In this document: in pieces, positions 39,801 through 51,129 of the stretch
How positions within the stretch are numbered: position 1 is the stretch's first letter
Layout of the letters: the number at the start of each line of letters is the position of its first letter
Assembly: GCF_964204645.1 (NCBI RefSeq)
Contig: NC_134032.1
Location: 5,568,275-5,632,274 of the forward strand
Length of the DNA: 64,000 bases
From: Tubulanus polymorphus
Lineage: Eukaryota > Animalia > Nemertea
Direction of reading: 5' to 3'
Notes under the pieces: generated by a model
The model's input: the letters and a program-made list of their open reading frames with translations, nothing else
Databases searched by the model: none
Told to the model about the DNA's origin: nothing
Translations under genes and position numbers: made by a program

Positions 39801-42800
39801 GGCAGAATTTCAGTGAATCCGTGTTCCAAGTAATCAAAATAAATTGCCCATGGGCAAAGTGTGGTTTACCTTGAAAGCTAAAGGTTGTTTGGGGTAAGGG
39901 CATTGCTTGAAAAATCTTTTTAATTCGTGACTTCAAAGTTCTATCTTGTATTTCATCTTTCTCAAAGAATTATTTTGTAGTCAAATAAGACCAAAAATAT
40001 ACATTTCGTAGGGTACAGGTAGGCACAGCAGGGAAACTATTTTATATTTTCAAAGAAATATTTTTCACAATATGAAAAAATATTCAAATAAAATTCATAT
40101 GATGTCACATATCAGAGGGTGGCTGAATATTGGGTCTTGGAAACCTCTTCCAATGTATGGCCACGGAATCTAAACTGGCGCAGTAAGAAATCGGCGTATT
40201 AGATCGTTTTAAATCCTGGAATTTACTACTACGATAGTCAGACCTCGACCTATACTTGTAGTTTGCTGCTTAATATTTTCAGGTCACAAGAAATTACAAT
40301 TTATTATAAATCATATCAAACAAAAAACATAGCGCTCATCTTCTGTTGATGAAATGCGTTACAGTATCACTATAGTAATGTATACTGTACGAGCGTGTGT
40401 TTGTGTATGCAACAGTCTATAGCAAGTGGAGGCCTTGTGTAAGTGAATGTTCACTTGCACTTCAGTGACAATCAAATCAATCACCGGGTATTAAAATGAA
40501 ACAATACCTATGGCAGATAATAATTACATTCTCATCAGCAATGAGCATTTGAAATTTGCACGTATACGGCACCTAGTCCAATGAAACGTTCACCATTCAA
40601 TGGCTTTCCCATAATTATTTTAGTAGCGCCGGAATTCCCCGTATATCCCAAAAACAGCCAATCGCATTCGCTCGTAGAGACAACGCCCCCCAATCGAGGT
40701 CATTGCAATTTTATACCAAGAGCTAAGAATTTTCCCGCCAAAAACAGTTTATCGTAGAATTTTAACAAAGTTGACCATGTACATCGACAGAGGTTCGTCA
40801 TGTCTTCAAGCGCATCGATTATACGTCGTTTAACCCGAGAACCAATGAAACAAATGCTCACATAAAAAAACGTACCGCGATTTTACATGAAATTGGCTCA
40901 ATGCCAACTTCATATCGCTGACAAAGGTAAACCAAAAAGCCTAAGATGTCCCCCTTGATTGAATCAATGAAAATCTGTCAATTGATACGATCTCCATCAC
41001 ACACAACGGCATGATAATTCATCATGAATATACATGGTATTGGGTTTTGCCCACTGACTCAAATAGTTCATGGTGTGACGAAATCATTCATTTCATACAC
41101 TATGTACGAAGTTTGTTAACATTAGACAATTAATTTTCATAAATTGTACAATTTCCAAGATTCACTTCCCGAGTTCCTAATTTTACTGGCCTTCTATGAA
41201 ATTCACTGCTTTTCACGGCTGCACGCTACGAACTCTGGCAGTTGAATCATTTGCAGTTTCCAAGAAAACTTCAACTAGGCCACACGCGAGGCGCGCTTTT
41301 CGTATACATGCACAGATCAATACATCACACAGCAGCGATGTCTGGCACGTGGGTGAAGCAGGAATATACGTAAAAGGGCATGTGTTCTTCCGAAACGAAA
41401 TGTAGTTCCAACAACAAATAAATAACTAAATTAATAAATAAGCAATGGATTCCGATGAAATTTAATAGGGTAAGAGATTTTATTGCTGCATTGAATGTTT
41501 TGAAAGTTCCAAAGAGAAACTAAGCCTCGTTTTTAAGTTATTTTGTACCAAAGCAAGAAAGTTTCATATGGGATAACAAAAGAACTTCGCTAAAGCAATA
41601 ACGAAAGCGAAAGTCCATAATAAATAACTAAATTGATAAATAAGCAAAGAATTCCGATGAAATTCAATAGGGTTAAGGCTTTTATTACTGCACTGAATGT
41701 TTTAAAAGTTCCAAAAAAAAAATAAGCCTTGTTTGGAAGTTATTTTATACCGAAGGAAGAAAGTTTCATATGGGATAACAAAATAACTTCTAAGCAAAGT
41801 CCATAATAACCAAATGTTACTTACTCCTCTTGTTTCTGTGACCGCGTTCTCCGCAATGAGGTTTTGGCAGCCTCACTGGTAGGAGCAGGTGACTTTTTCG
41901 AGCATTTTGATGTTCTGCCACCAGTGATGCTGTCTTCAGCACTACTATCACCCCCGCTGAGAGATGCTGAACGCGCGCGTTTAGACCTCGTCGATACAGT
42001 TTTCTACAACACACAATTATAATTCATAAAACAACATGGCACCTTCACATATCCTCATATGACATAATCAAATTAGACCAACGCAGATGATGGTGTCATA
42101 GGCGAAAAGGACAGCCATTCAAAGACCCTCGTAGAATAATTGACGTCGCCATGTATCATCATATCATGATTTTTAGACAACAAGTAGGGCAGGGGCGGAT
42201 CCAGACCTAAATTGGAGTGGCAGCACCCATTTGAAAGGGCAGCGAACCAAAGGTGCGGTTACACCCCACTAGTCTGACACCCCTCTAGTCCGACTTCCAC
42301 TAATCTGACGTACCATTGAATGGGCTGAATCAGGTTGTTTTTAGGAATTTATTTGAAATCAATTTTACATTTTGACAGTTTACTCGACAGCAGCACCACA
42401 ATCTGGTGGAGATTTTTGTTCATATCTACAGTCATATCTCGATTTAACGCACCCAGATTCATCGCCAAGCTTACCTACTGCCTAGATTTCATGGGAAACT
42501 GAACATTCGTATCTCAAACGTACAGGAAAACCCCGATTTACCACCCCTCGCATACCACCACCGCCAAGGTAATCTCCTAGTACAATCCTATACAAATGTA
42601 TTACAATATTTCCTGATTTACCGCCATTGTAAAATTTGCTACTCCATCCTTAATCATATTACGATACGCCATAAAACTATAAAATAAAACTATAGCGATA
42701 ACTTCGTTCATCCACCCGGTGACCTCACTGTGTTGCAAGTCTCGCCCTCCAGTAAGGTACGTTAATTCAAACTATTTCATTAGATGGCACCGACAGCGCC

Positions 42801-44954
42801 GAAACGAATTGAATTAACGGTAAAAGAAAAAGAGGAATAAAGATCCATCGCAACAGAAAATGGCAGACCATTCCGTGCGATTGAGTAAGACAATGATTTA
42901 CGGCGATATATACATTAAAGGTGGCGTACAGTAACGATGTCTATCTATGAATCGATCAGCGATTAATATCGTAGTATGTACCGTAAATGTTGCCATGATG
43001 TGATGATTCCTACTTCTAGCCTACAATGTTCTCCTGATGCGCCCTGATGTTTATTATGTAAAAAGGTTTTAATTGTGAAAGGATATTTTTTTTTAGATTT
43101 TTTCTTAATTCGTCACATCAATATATATACATCGTAGCCTACTGAGCAGATAAAAGGATAGGTATTTGATTGACTCGACATTAACCCCGATTTACCGCCA
43201 CTCTTATTTACTGCCAAAATCAGGAATCCCCAAGGGTGGCGTTTAATTGAGATATGACTGTATATAATTTATTAGGCCTGCATAGAAAAAATTTAAGAGA
43301 TTATTTCTAAAGTTATTTTTGTAGTAAGATATTTCATTCACAAAATTCATAGTACAAAAAAGTTCTCCACAGATAACTTCTGTTCCTTGATGTCACAAGG
43401 CTCATGATGGGCTACACGTACAACTGACAAAGCTATTCACCCTTTCTTAACAGTCTGTTAACTTTTTGATACCTGGTGTGAAAATTTTGTCATGATTTGA
43501 TGGAAAGACGCAGACTAGTATGACTAGTGGGGTGTCCCAATAGTGGTGTGTCTGACTAGTGGGATGTTTTGGAAGGAGCGAAGCCATCCCCGAAGGGAGA
43601 TTTGAGGGCTCCTAGAAATCTTTTAAATTTTGAAGCCCTATCAGTGCATCTGAGGCATTAAAATAGCAAACAATCACACTGTTACAAAATAAACCGAGTC
43701 TACCGAGTCTTGCTGAGGAATAATTGTAACAATTAAGATGATTATAATGATAATGAACCTTTATATTTCAAGTAATCTCACTACTAGATAGCCTATTATA
43801 GTCGCGCCTTTTAGTTCACTTGTAATAAGAATGCAACCTCTTTAGAATTTTTGGAAAGTAATTCTGCTTGTAACAGGATTTCATAAACTATTTTTGGTAC
43901 CTTCATCTGAATCTTTAGGGTTTTGTAGCAATTTGAACATTGTGCCCTTTCTTGAATATTTGACAATTACTGTGTCATACCTGCCCCGTTTTCGATGGTT
44001 AATAAAACGTGCCCTTTAGGTTTTTTGGCAATTTGAATGTGCCCTAGCTTAATTATTCGACAATTAATTAGTCATGCCAGGCCTTTTTAAGAACATTTTT
44101 GGGTAACATGGTTTAAAATTTTTCGGTATTATTCTGTCCACTACATCATTTTCATAACTATTTTTGGCGATGTATGTGCCCCTTTCTAAAGAAATGCCAG
44201 ACACAGCCTCCGACTATGACTGGACTGTCCTGACATTTACTACGTTATCAGAACAACCAACACTGGCACCTGGCCGAAAAATGTGTGATGAAGAAATACA
44301 TATTGCGCGAATTTCTAAAAGCCAGCGAGTGCAGGTGATGCCATTATTAAAACTTTTATGCCACCACAATCACGGGGATTCACCCCCTACATAAATCCAC
44401 ACAGTGGATTGTTAGCGGGCCGCAAAAATGAGAAAAGCACTTCACTCCAAATCGTCCAAGTTAAGTTTTGTCCAGCAAAGATGGCTACTTAGTAATTAAG
44501 TCCCCCATTGACATCATCATCAAATACCTAGTACCCAGCTATTAATTTACTTTAATACTTTGATAACGGGGATGGTGGACAAGGCACGCTTGTTAATTCA
44601 TATTAATGCAATCTCTAAGGATTTGAGTGACATTTAAGAGAAATCTGCAAATTTGCCTAAGAAAAAATGCTGACCTGTATTTTCAAAAGCGCACAGAAAA
44701 TCAAAACAGAGGCACATGCTCCTCGACGTGTACCATAGATCAACTCCTGGGGGAAGATTTTCGATTCAGTTAGGGGAAGGGTCTAGAAAGGGGAGAGAGA
44801 TATGTAGGCTTACCAGTTTCGAGTCCACTGCAAATGCGACGTATTTGCCGATTGAATTGCGTTGCTGTTTCCGGTCTCTCCCGGTGAGCAGTTCGTCCTG
44901 TAATTCATCCCGCGCATGCAGCTGAGTTTTCCTTTTCGAGCCAGAGGATGACAT
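8271..44954 (-). CDS. Large multi-exon C2H2 zinc-finger protein (~1718 aa, ~25 fingers, long disordered basic/acidic N-terminus)
   Basis: complement(join(8271..10204,14817..15033,15331..15623,18421..18486,19082..19197,20918..21149,23554..23712,29978..30172,30352..31009,35196..36162,41825..42003,44814..44954)). All introns are GT-AG, phases match, total 5157 nt, and three fingers are completed across splice junctions. Confidence 0.8.
10620..13428. mobile_element. Foldback-like non-autonomous DNA element with arms built of GGCTCCCGATTCAAAAT/GAACCGGGAGCC repeats
   Basis: GTGAAGCTGGCTACTTATTC (10721-10740) is inverted at ~13190-13209; inner IR TTACGTAACTATGTCT (~11952) / AGACATAGTTACGTAA (~13138); hosts a LINE. 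Confidence 0.7.
10772..11935 (+). mobile_element. 5'-truncated non-LTR retrotransposon (RTE-X-like): RT C-terminus plus CCHC knuckle
   Basis: VAPVALYGCEIWG and RLCPACNVLGDEVHFIFDC; frameshift near 11263; AATAAA and (ATTCGT)n tail; possible TSD CCGTA at 10767-10771 and 11936-11940. Confidence 0.85.
13651..14346 (+). mobile_element. HINE/DINE-1-like element (family C)
   Basis: AACTAG start in an A-run, GGACGGACGAC microsatellite, GCGGGGGTATAA end; 14080-14310 is also present at ~34075-34280. Confidence 0.55.
14817..15033 (-). CDS. ZF gene coding exon 11 (2 fingers)
   Basis: tgtag|VHSEVEKCPVC..CFKC..HVAMH..QPE G|gtacga; phase 0 to 1. Confidence 0.9.
15331..15623 (-). CDS. ZF gene coding exon 10 (3 fingers)
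   Basis: ctcag|..MDDKNVPK..CKYC..CSLC..CTHGGC..DEHKL|gtaatt; phase 1 to 0. Confidence 0.9.
15730..15980 (-). mobile_element. Degenerate tRNA-derived SINE with conserved-core-like segment
   Basis: Minus strand AAGAACATACTTATCCACATTGCCTCCCTCCACCCAGGAGAAAATGGG resembles SINE core domains. Confidence 0.45.
15981..17095 (+). mobile_element. HINE-like dispersed repeat family B (~1.1 kb)
   Basis: GCCCAT(G)GGC..GGTTTACCTT start and CAAAGGTAAACC end (subterminal IR); other copies at 37102-39052, 39841-40938, 51130-52064. Confidence 0.75.
17590..18078 (+). mobile_element. Partial HINE family A
   Basis: Homologous to ~22750-23130 and ~33730-34392. Confidence 0.6.
18421..18486 (-). CDS. ZF gene coding exon 9 (acidic linker)
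   Basis: Poly-T then ggcag|EMNEDEFDTMDVEAIKQQIID|gtaaat; 66 nt, phase 1 to 1. Confidence 0.75.
18557..18760. repeat. Perfect 100-bp tandem duplication (intronic)
   Basis: GACATAGGGG at 18561 and 18661; two identical units. Confidence 0.95.
19082..19197 (-). CDS. ZF gene coding exon 8
   Basis: tttcag|G GLSKHKESLWLC..TPKRQ T|gtaagg; completes finger CDECERVFLSVR-GLSKH; phase 2 to 1. Confidence 0.75.
19785..20426. mobile_element. piggyBac-like MITE
   Basis: TIR CCCTTTCTCACT/AGTGAGAAAGGG, TTAA TSD at 19781-19784 and 20427-20430. Confidence 0.85.
20918..21149 (-). CDS. ZF gene coding exon 7 (fingers CTLC, CAYC, start of CDEC)
   Basis: tcatag|..IHSMDPEFECTLC..|gtttgt; phase 1 to 2. Confidence 0.88.
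21938..23130 (+). mobile_element. HINE family A carrying ~4 units of a ~153-bp satellite
   Basis: SubTIR GCCCACTTGGGA/TCCCAAGTGGGC; CTGGTG(A/G)CC at 22022, 22175, 22327, 22481; GGAC microsatellite and terminal hairpin. Confidence 0.8.
23554..23712 (-). CDS. ZF gene coding exon 6 (fingers CDHC, CLLC)
   Basis: ttgtag|GEGFQCDHC..FNAHMK T|gtaagt; phase 1 to 1. Confidence 0.9.
24523..25259. mobile_element. hAT-like MITE (CAGGGATGAGAA TIR) nested in the Gypsy element
   Basis: CAGGGATGAGAA/TTCTCATCCCTG; second copy at 51300-51954. Confidence 0.8.
26200..28600 (-). pseudogene. Inverted gag-knuckle/protease/RT/RNase H segment of the Gypsy element
   Basis: CGGIGHIRRVCP knuckle; WRFCIDYRELNK..LDLKSCYWQV..MPFGLTGAPATFQRLM..YIDN; TDSNPL..LDAVSHRW..DADALSR. 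Confidence 0.9.
29605..29798 (+). mobile_element. tRNA-derived SINE
   Basis: A-box-like TGGCTGAGTG and B-box-like GCTTCGAATCC; no intact cloverleaf. Confidence 0.55.
29978..30172 (-). CDS. ZF gene coding exon 5
   Basis: ttttag|DMAVDLQELQ..SNQDQT G|gtagga; 195 nt, phase 1 to 1. Confidence 0.8.
30352..31009 (-). CDS. ZF gene coding exon 4 (basic patch, poly-Asp tract)
   Basis: caacag|PQPSSEVKRRPRRK..RPSS G|gtgggt; phase 0 to 1. Confidence 0.85.
30791..30868 (-). repeat. Coding (GAY)n microsatellite encoding D12-Y-D13
   Basis: ATC/GTC repeats on the plus strand inside ZF exon 4. Confidence 0.9.
31068..31393. mobile_element. PIF/Harbinger-like MITE rich in TGCGAC/GTCGCA
   Basis: TIR AGCCAGGCGTAGGTCGGCCTTGCGAC..GTCGCAAGGTCGACCTACACCCGGCT, TSD TTA; inverted copy at 46481-46808. 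Confidence 0.85.
32825..34392 (+). mobile_element. HINE family A with ~4 satellite units
   Basis: AACTAGGGGTCC start, GCCCACTTGGGA subTIR, ~154-bp repeats at 32890-33480, TCCCAAGTGGGCTAAAAA end; fragments also at 31725-31920 and ~32625-32700. Confidence 0.8.
34422..34786. mobile_element. hAT-like MITE (CAGGGCCGGC TIR)
   Basis: CAGGGCCGGC/GCCGGCCCTG; internal part resembles 18760-18920. Confidence 0.65.
35196..36162 (-). CDS. ZF gene coding exon 3 (low-complexity, NLS-like PKRKR)
   Basis: ttccag|T SAILVTRTGK..KQPPPVIT|gtaagt; phase 2 to 0; lies within a 405-aa ORF. Confidence 0.85.
36287..36888. mobile_element. hAT-like MITE (CAGGG(A/C)TCCCAA TIR)
   Basis: CAGGGATCCCAA/TTGGGAGCCCTG; absent from duplicated unit 2. 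Confidence 0.75.
37260..37586. mobile_element. MULE-like MITE with 9-bp TSD and tRNA-like segment
   Basis: CATC..GATG termini; GGTACAGGT duplicated on both sides; empty site at ~40010; second copy at 53170-55595 is split by another element. Confidence 0.75.
37666..38196. mobile_element. Harbinger-like MITE
   Basis: TIR GGCCATCCCAAAATAA../..TTATTTTGGGATGGCC, TSD TAA; empty site at ~40088. Confidence 0.88.
39841..40938 (+). mobile_element. HINE family B copy
   Basis: AAATTGCCCATGGGCAAAGTGTGGTTTACCTT..GCTGACAAAGGTAAACCAAAA. Confidence 0.75.
41418..41810. repeat. ~200-bp diverged tandem duplication
   Basis: ATAAATAACTAAATT..ATTCCGATGAAATT..GAAAGTTTCATATGGGATAACAAAA occurs twice. Confidence 0.85.
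41825..42003 (-). CDS. ZF gene coding exon 2
   Basis: ttgtag|KTVSTRSKRARSASLSGG..RTRSQKQE GA|gtaagt; phase 0 to 2. Confidence 0.78.
42429..43260. mobile_element. Tc1/mariner-like MITE nested in an inverted-repeat element (~42255-43570)
   Basis: TIR CAGTCATATCTC/GAGATATGACTG with TA TSD; the flanking element has CCCCACTAGTC/GACTAGTGGG repeats. Confidence 0.82.
44814..44954 (-). CDS. ZF gene first coding exon (start ATG at 44954)
   Basis: MSSSGSKRKTQLH..VDSKL|gtaagc. In-frame upstream TGA; an acceptor at 45019 implies an upstream non-coding exon. Confidence 0.72.
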
Positions 44955-45569
44955 AACCACTGGTTTTTGAAAACTTTTTGAAGACAAGCAACGTATTCAC
45001 ATCACATCACAAAATGACCTACAAGAAAAACCCGAAAGGAACTTTCCATGAAGGGTTTTGGTATATTGACTTTGAACTTGAAAAGTGAATGGAAATAACT
45101 GTGTTGATGCCATGCATGTTTAATCCATACTATCAGGGTAAAACGTCAGTATGCATACTTACCATGGCCACTGGATACAGTCTGCTCTCAGTGCAATCTG
45201 AGAACCCATGACAAAGGCCAAGTAAATTGGCCATGCAGTGCATGGGGTACAAGCTTCAAATCCATGATTCGACACCGGTGTTAGGAAGCTGTTCACAGAC
45301 TGAACTTTAAGGCCATCTGCTAGCTGTACCCTGAGGGCCTATAGCCACTTAGTCTGAGGATTGACTAAGTAGAACAGAAAAACAGTATTCACCAATGGAA
45401 GAACAACAGTTCTTGAGTGATATCCACACAATATTGATTATGGAAATTCTCGACTTGACAAATTTTCATAATTTTGTACCCATGAGACAATGACAAAAAC
45501 AAAATATAGCTGCAAAGCAGCGATAACGGGTTTTCTGCACAGTCTTTGAATCCTGTTCAATGGTTAACA

Positions 45570-45965
45570 CAGTTTTATAAGAGGAGGCTCGACAAACAGT
45601 CAATTAGACCTTCTTGAAACCATGGACAACTGGACTTGATGTCCTATTTGACTCTGGAAAATCGACTGTTATAATTACTCTTTATGATTTCGACAAAGCA
45701 TTTGATAAGGTACAACATCAGCCATTACTAAACAAGGCTATTAGGAAACATTATCAATGATAGGTTGCCGAAATGGCTCAGCATTATATCTGAACGAAAA
45801 CTTGTAGCCGAAATCAACGGAACCCCTCATCTTGGAATAAGTCGGTCTAACTAGTGGAGTCATGCAAGGTAGTATCCTAAGTCGTCTTCTAATGTCCTGA
45901 CAAATGACATACATAGTAATCCAAAATAGACCAGACCGAGTAAATTTCCAAAACGACCTTAACAC
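45570..45965 (+). pseudogene. CR1/L2-type reverse transcriptase fragment
   Basis: DFDKAFDKVQHQPLLNK and TSGVMQGSIL motifs, heavily frameshifted; lies within a HINE-like element (~45502-48166; GGGTTTTCTG/CAGAAAACCC). Confidence 0.7.
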
Positions 45966-46480
45966 GCTGTTCGACCAAAAAACTTAATGATCCGACAAGA
46001 AAATCTTGTACGCTTTTTGTTTGAACCAAAACTTTTCTTCATTCTGAAAGCTATGTTATTGTTGAAATGAAAAACTCTTTGTCCCGGCAAAATAATTTGG
46101 TTGAGCGAAAACAATTTTTTCGAACGAATGTTTGAATGAAAACAATTCTGTTCGATTGAAAAAAATACTTAATACTTTTGGTTCGGAGAAAAAACTTTTT
46201 ACAATATACTAGTTCGAACGAAAAACTTAATGTTCTGACTAGAAAATTCTGTTCAAATTTAAACGATTCTGTTAGATCGGACGATTGTTCGAACGAAAAA
46301 ACCTTTTGTTTCAACAAAAAAGTTTGTTCAACTTTGTTCTAACGATTTTTTCAAATTGGTTCAATCGAACAGAATATTATTGGTTTGAACGAAATAAATT
46401 TTGTTCCGTAGAAAGAATTTACAAGCGAAAGGTCTTTTGAACGAGAAAAAAGATATTTCTGAGGCTCCGCAGTAACTCAA

Positions 46481-46808
46481 AGCTGGACGTAGGTTGGCCT
46501 TGTGACGCGATGCGATCCTCGCGTTGCATCGCAAGTTTTGGCGCAAATCGGTTGCGATACGATTGTCAGCGACTGTGTGCGACTAGTTTCTGCCAGTCGC
46601 AAGAGCACGTAGGTCGGTTGTGACAGTCGTGTCGCGTTGCAGAAAGTAGAACACGTGCGACTCCTTGTCACTGGCGTTGCTGACAGTCACAACCTGTCAC
46701 AAGGGAGCGTAGGTCGATGAGTCGTTGTGACACAATCGTCGCTGGCGGTCGCAGTGAATGGCCTCGCAGTGAGTCACAAGCCATCGCAAGGCCGACCCAC
46801 CCCCGGCT
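46481..46808. mobile_element. Harbinger-like MITE, inverted copy of 31068-31393
   Basis: Reverse-complement homology; CAA/TAA flanks. Confidence 0.82.
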
Positions 46809-48212
46809 TAAGTCATAGGAATTAAAGAAATACCAGTTTCATTTATGATGAAAAGTCTGGCTTATAAAGCTGTCTGCTCAGACGAAATTTTCAAAAAAAT
46901 TTTCATTTTTGTCAATAAAATTGATAATTGTGATTGATCGTTACAAGTCAGAACCAGTAAATCACTAATGTAGAGGCTACTAGCCTATGTAGGCCTATGT
47001 ATATGTGTAGGCCTAACATCCGGACAGATTGGTCGTAGGCCTATTGAATTTAACAACCCACCTAAATATCGTAAATTTTGTTTTGAAGTTCAATCCAATG
47101 AGTCCGTTAATAAACGCAACAATTGTACTGTGTTTGTTTGATACAGTAAAGCTCAGTACCGGTAGGCCTAAAGCCGCGTCAAACTCGATACACACTTCAA
47201 GCGACACAGCGAACGATCCCTTTCCCCCACAGCGGACGCTTACTCCGAATGTCAAGTGTGAGTCCAGCATACGGATAGGAGTGTGTTATATACTTGTATT
47301 TAGTAAATACCTTGTGCATTTGACAATGATCGGTATGTACTGTAGGAAATATAGAGTATTGATGATATTGATATAGAGGTTGAAGCCCGCGGCCGAATAA
47401 AGTAATATATTCTTTCATTTTGATACCTCGTCGACATAACAGCTTTTCTCCGCTATATCTCTTCGGCGTGTTTAGTTTAGGCCTACGATTCCCCGGTCCA
47501 CTAAAGATTTATCTTAGTAAATACACGGTTAATTCGGTAAAGAAAAATAGGTATTGTTATACTAACTCCTTGAAACCCGCAGCTAAATCACTGGTAGTAA
47601 TAAATTAATTTGTACTCGATTTGATTCTCATGATGAGGAGAAACTCGCAGCTGATCCCCGGAACGACGATGTAGTAACACACGTCGATGTTTACGGCTCG
47701 ACAGTGCTTTTAAAATCTAAAGTAGTAAATTTCCAGTGTATCGGTAATATGATTTGCTGAGGAAAATGGGCTATTGTTAAAATCACTGTTTGAAGACCGC
47801 GACTGAATTTGAAGTCTGCGGCAATAAATTAGTTCATTTATACTTGAATTGATAATCGAAGTGACAGTCGGCCTGCGGGTTGATTTCGGGATGACGACTC
47901 GAAAAACATGTCGCCCCATTGAATGGGGCTAAATTTTCAAAGTTTACGGCCCGACAGCGCTTTTGTAACGATGATTCGTGAAAAAACACGCGGGCTATTT
48001 GTAGATCTCAGTGAGCTGAACGATATTATATGGATTGTATATGAAACAGCGGTAAGGTAACAGAGCCTATGTTCTTTTGGTAAAAATAGTGTGGAAGAAA
48101 ATAATAATAATAATAATCACGCGGATATCAATAGGGTTTTCTGTGAAATAACAGAAAACCCTAATAAAGCACCAAAGCAGCGATAACAGGTTTTCTGAGC
48201 ACGCTTGCTATT

Positions 48213-49113
48213 AACAAGAGCCCAAGGGGCATTATGGCCAGCCTGTCAGCTTTTCATAAAATGGCAAATGATGATGCATTCGGTGGGTTAAATTTGTCAA
48301 AATACACTCCCAGCTCAAAGTCAATATCTAATAATTTATACAATACAATCATAGAATACAAAAGTAGCACAGACAGCGACTGGATCTGGCAGGAACAAAT
48401 ACCCCAGATAAATCTTTTCCCTTGGTCTTATTGATTTCAATGCGGAGTAGAGTTAAATTTTCTGAAATTTGCCCAATAAAACAAAATTGAATTGGATTTG
48501 ATATTTTTTGCGGAATAAAATTTGATTGAATTTGTAGTTTTGCACATGGCTAATTAGCATATCAAGGTTATCTATCCGATTTAAGAAAAAGCTATTTTTT
48601 CCTGACTTTGCACAATGGTCAATGATATTTTCTGTAGTGCTAATAAGAATATTCCTCCCAAAAACCAAATCAACTAAAGCTTTCACAGAAATCGATCTTG
48701 AAATACAATTTTAGATCTAAAAATAAAAACCAGGAAGTAAAACAGCAGACGATACCGCGGGTTCACGTGAACACCTACTCATTTCTGTGGCTAAGCCTAT
48801 CGTAGAGGAGTCTTTGCTTTCTGATTGGCAATTCGAAACCAATATTTTTGCGATCAGATATTCACGAAAAAGCTCATATAAATCTTAACGAGGCACTCTT
48901 TCAAAATTCAGCTACGTAGAGTTTGAAGAATGGATAATGCTTTAATGAATAATTTGTATGAATATATGCTCAGTTGCACAGACAAAGAGCCTGTTGCTCT
49001 GGATGAATATATGCTCAGTTGCACAGACAAAGAGCCTGTTGCTCTGGAAACCATGTCATTTAAATTTGCTCCATTTGTATAGTAATAGGCTCAGCCTACG
49101 GCTGGCCTAAAAA
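48213..49113 (+). mobile_element. HINE-like element (family D) with an internal 45-bp tandem duplication (48958-49048)
   Basis: AACAAG start, subTIR GGCCAGCC/GGCTGGCC, terminal hairpin plus A-run. Confidence 0.6.
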
Positions 49114-49141
49114 CCAGTAAAATGATTACGGAGAGATGATT

Positions 49142-49555
<414 letters not shown>

Positions 49556-50548
49556 CTGGATCACGTTGAGTGTTGCAGGTTCGGTCCTTTTTAATTTTAT
49601 ATAATTCTCTACGCATTGAACCCGATCATTTATATTGGTAAATATCACTCTTATGGGACGTGGTCTCGTTTGATTTTTATTGCCAATTCTTCTGATGTCT
49701 CTTAAGTTGGCTGCACCAAGTTTAATGATATCATTTAGAAATCTTTCCACCCGAGAAGTGTCGTCACAAATATTCTCATTATCTGATTCAGGTATGTTAT
49801 ATATGATAATGTGTGACCATCTCTCATCATTGGAGGAGCTAATTGAAACACTGATTTCCTCAGTGGATGTTTTTGTTGAAGTGTTAAATCCAGCTTCCAT
49901 TTTATGGGTAGATTTCTTGAAGACCATATTTTCACTCTCAATCTGCTTAATTTGATTTGAAAGAATATCAAGATTTTTTGAGTTCGTATCCAATAGTCTA
50001 CTATGAGTCTCGATTTTTTCTCTGATGTCAGCTATGCATTTATTAGTTTTATAGCTTTCTTCTGCAGAAACTTCTTGATGTATTTTGGTAATCCGGGATT
50101 CTAAAATTTCTATAGCGTTAAAGAATATTTCTCTCATGTTCTTTATCTCCAACTTAATGGTCTCCATCTCATGAAATTACTGCTCAGTTTGAAAATCAGT
50201 CAAACATCGACTACACAGATATTTAACCGGCAGATTCTCTGCATTTTCAGCTGGGTTGGAGCAGTTATTACAAATTGACTGACTGCACTTGGAACACTGG
50301 ACGATCTCGTTTTCAAAATTAAACAGACGGTTACATTTAGAACATGGTACATAGTTTCCCCATTCATCATCTTCTTCTAGTGTTGACTCACAATCACTGT
50401 CCAGTTCTGCTAGACTCTCAGCAAACTTCAGAGCTTCTTCATGAATTTGCCCTTTTTTGTCACAGCCCTTTACCTTAGTTGCCATGGTTTCCCTTGTCTG
50501 AAATGGTTGCTGACTGGTGGTTGCTAAGTTGCTTGGATGATTTCCCAC
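49556..50548 (-). pseudogene. CR1/L2-type LINE ORF1 remnant (PHD-like finger, coiled coil, RRM-like domain)
   Basis: CSKC..CSKC..C..C..YLCSRC; in-frame stop at 50179-50177; IIIYNIPES..RRIGNKNQTRPRPIRVIF; truncated at the CAG tract. Confidence 0.82.
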
Positions 50549-51129
50549 AGATGAAAGATTTCACTTTTTAAACACTCACAGATTTTCTTAGGGAAGATCG
50601 TAGTTGTTGAAGCAATATTCAGAGGAATCCCTGTGTATTATTTAACATTGTCCTGCTAAGTTAGATGGCAGGAAGATGTTGTTTCTGTTAAATATGTAGA
50701 AGTTACATGGGGCTTAGATGTTCATTCTTCCTTCCATCCCCATGGTCACTAGGCAACCTCTATATACGGTAACGGATTTGATATTATGGATCGAACGCCA
50801 GAACGAAAAAAATTTCAAATTTTTGGTTATTATTTCGATTTTCCCACTGACACCCATGAGCAATCTACAAGATTTTGTGACGATTTGCAAAACAATTTTA
50901 GAAAGATTTTTTGCTGACAATTCAAAACAAAACGATCGCTGTTGTGCTGCAGTCAATTTGAAAAGAATAGCTAATATGCATGCTCTGCAAGTCAGCCGTA
51001 AGTACACAAAGTGATGCCTTAGAAGTGTGCATAGCATGGCCATAGCACTGAAAGGGTTAAAGATGCTGCATAAAAAAACGTGCTTGAATAAATCGAATTT
51101 CTGACACTTTTTGGTTAATTTCTCAAATA

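Larger units (their letters stand above)
36205..41420. repeat. Intronic tandem duplication (unit 1 ~36205-39545 with later insertions; unit 2 ~39541-41420)
   Basis: AGAAACAAAATTCTTAATATGGACTTTCC at ~36219 and ~39548; GAAATGTAGTTCCAACAACAAA at ~39523 and ~41397; colinear interior. Confidence 0.85.

Noticed and set aside
45970-46450. TTCGAACGAAAA-rich periodic region
   Set aside because: Degenerate simple repeat, probably internal to a non-autonomous element; no consistent unit.
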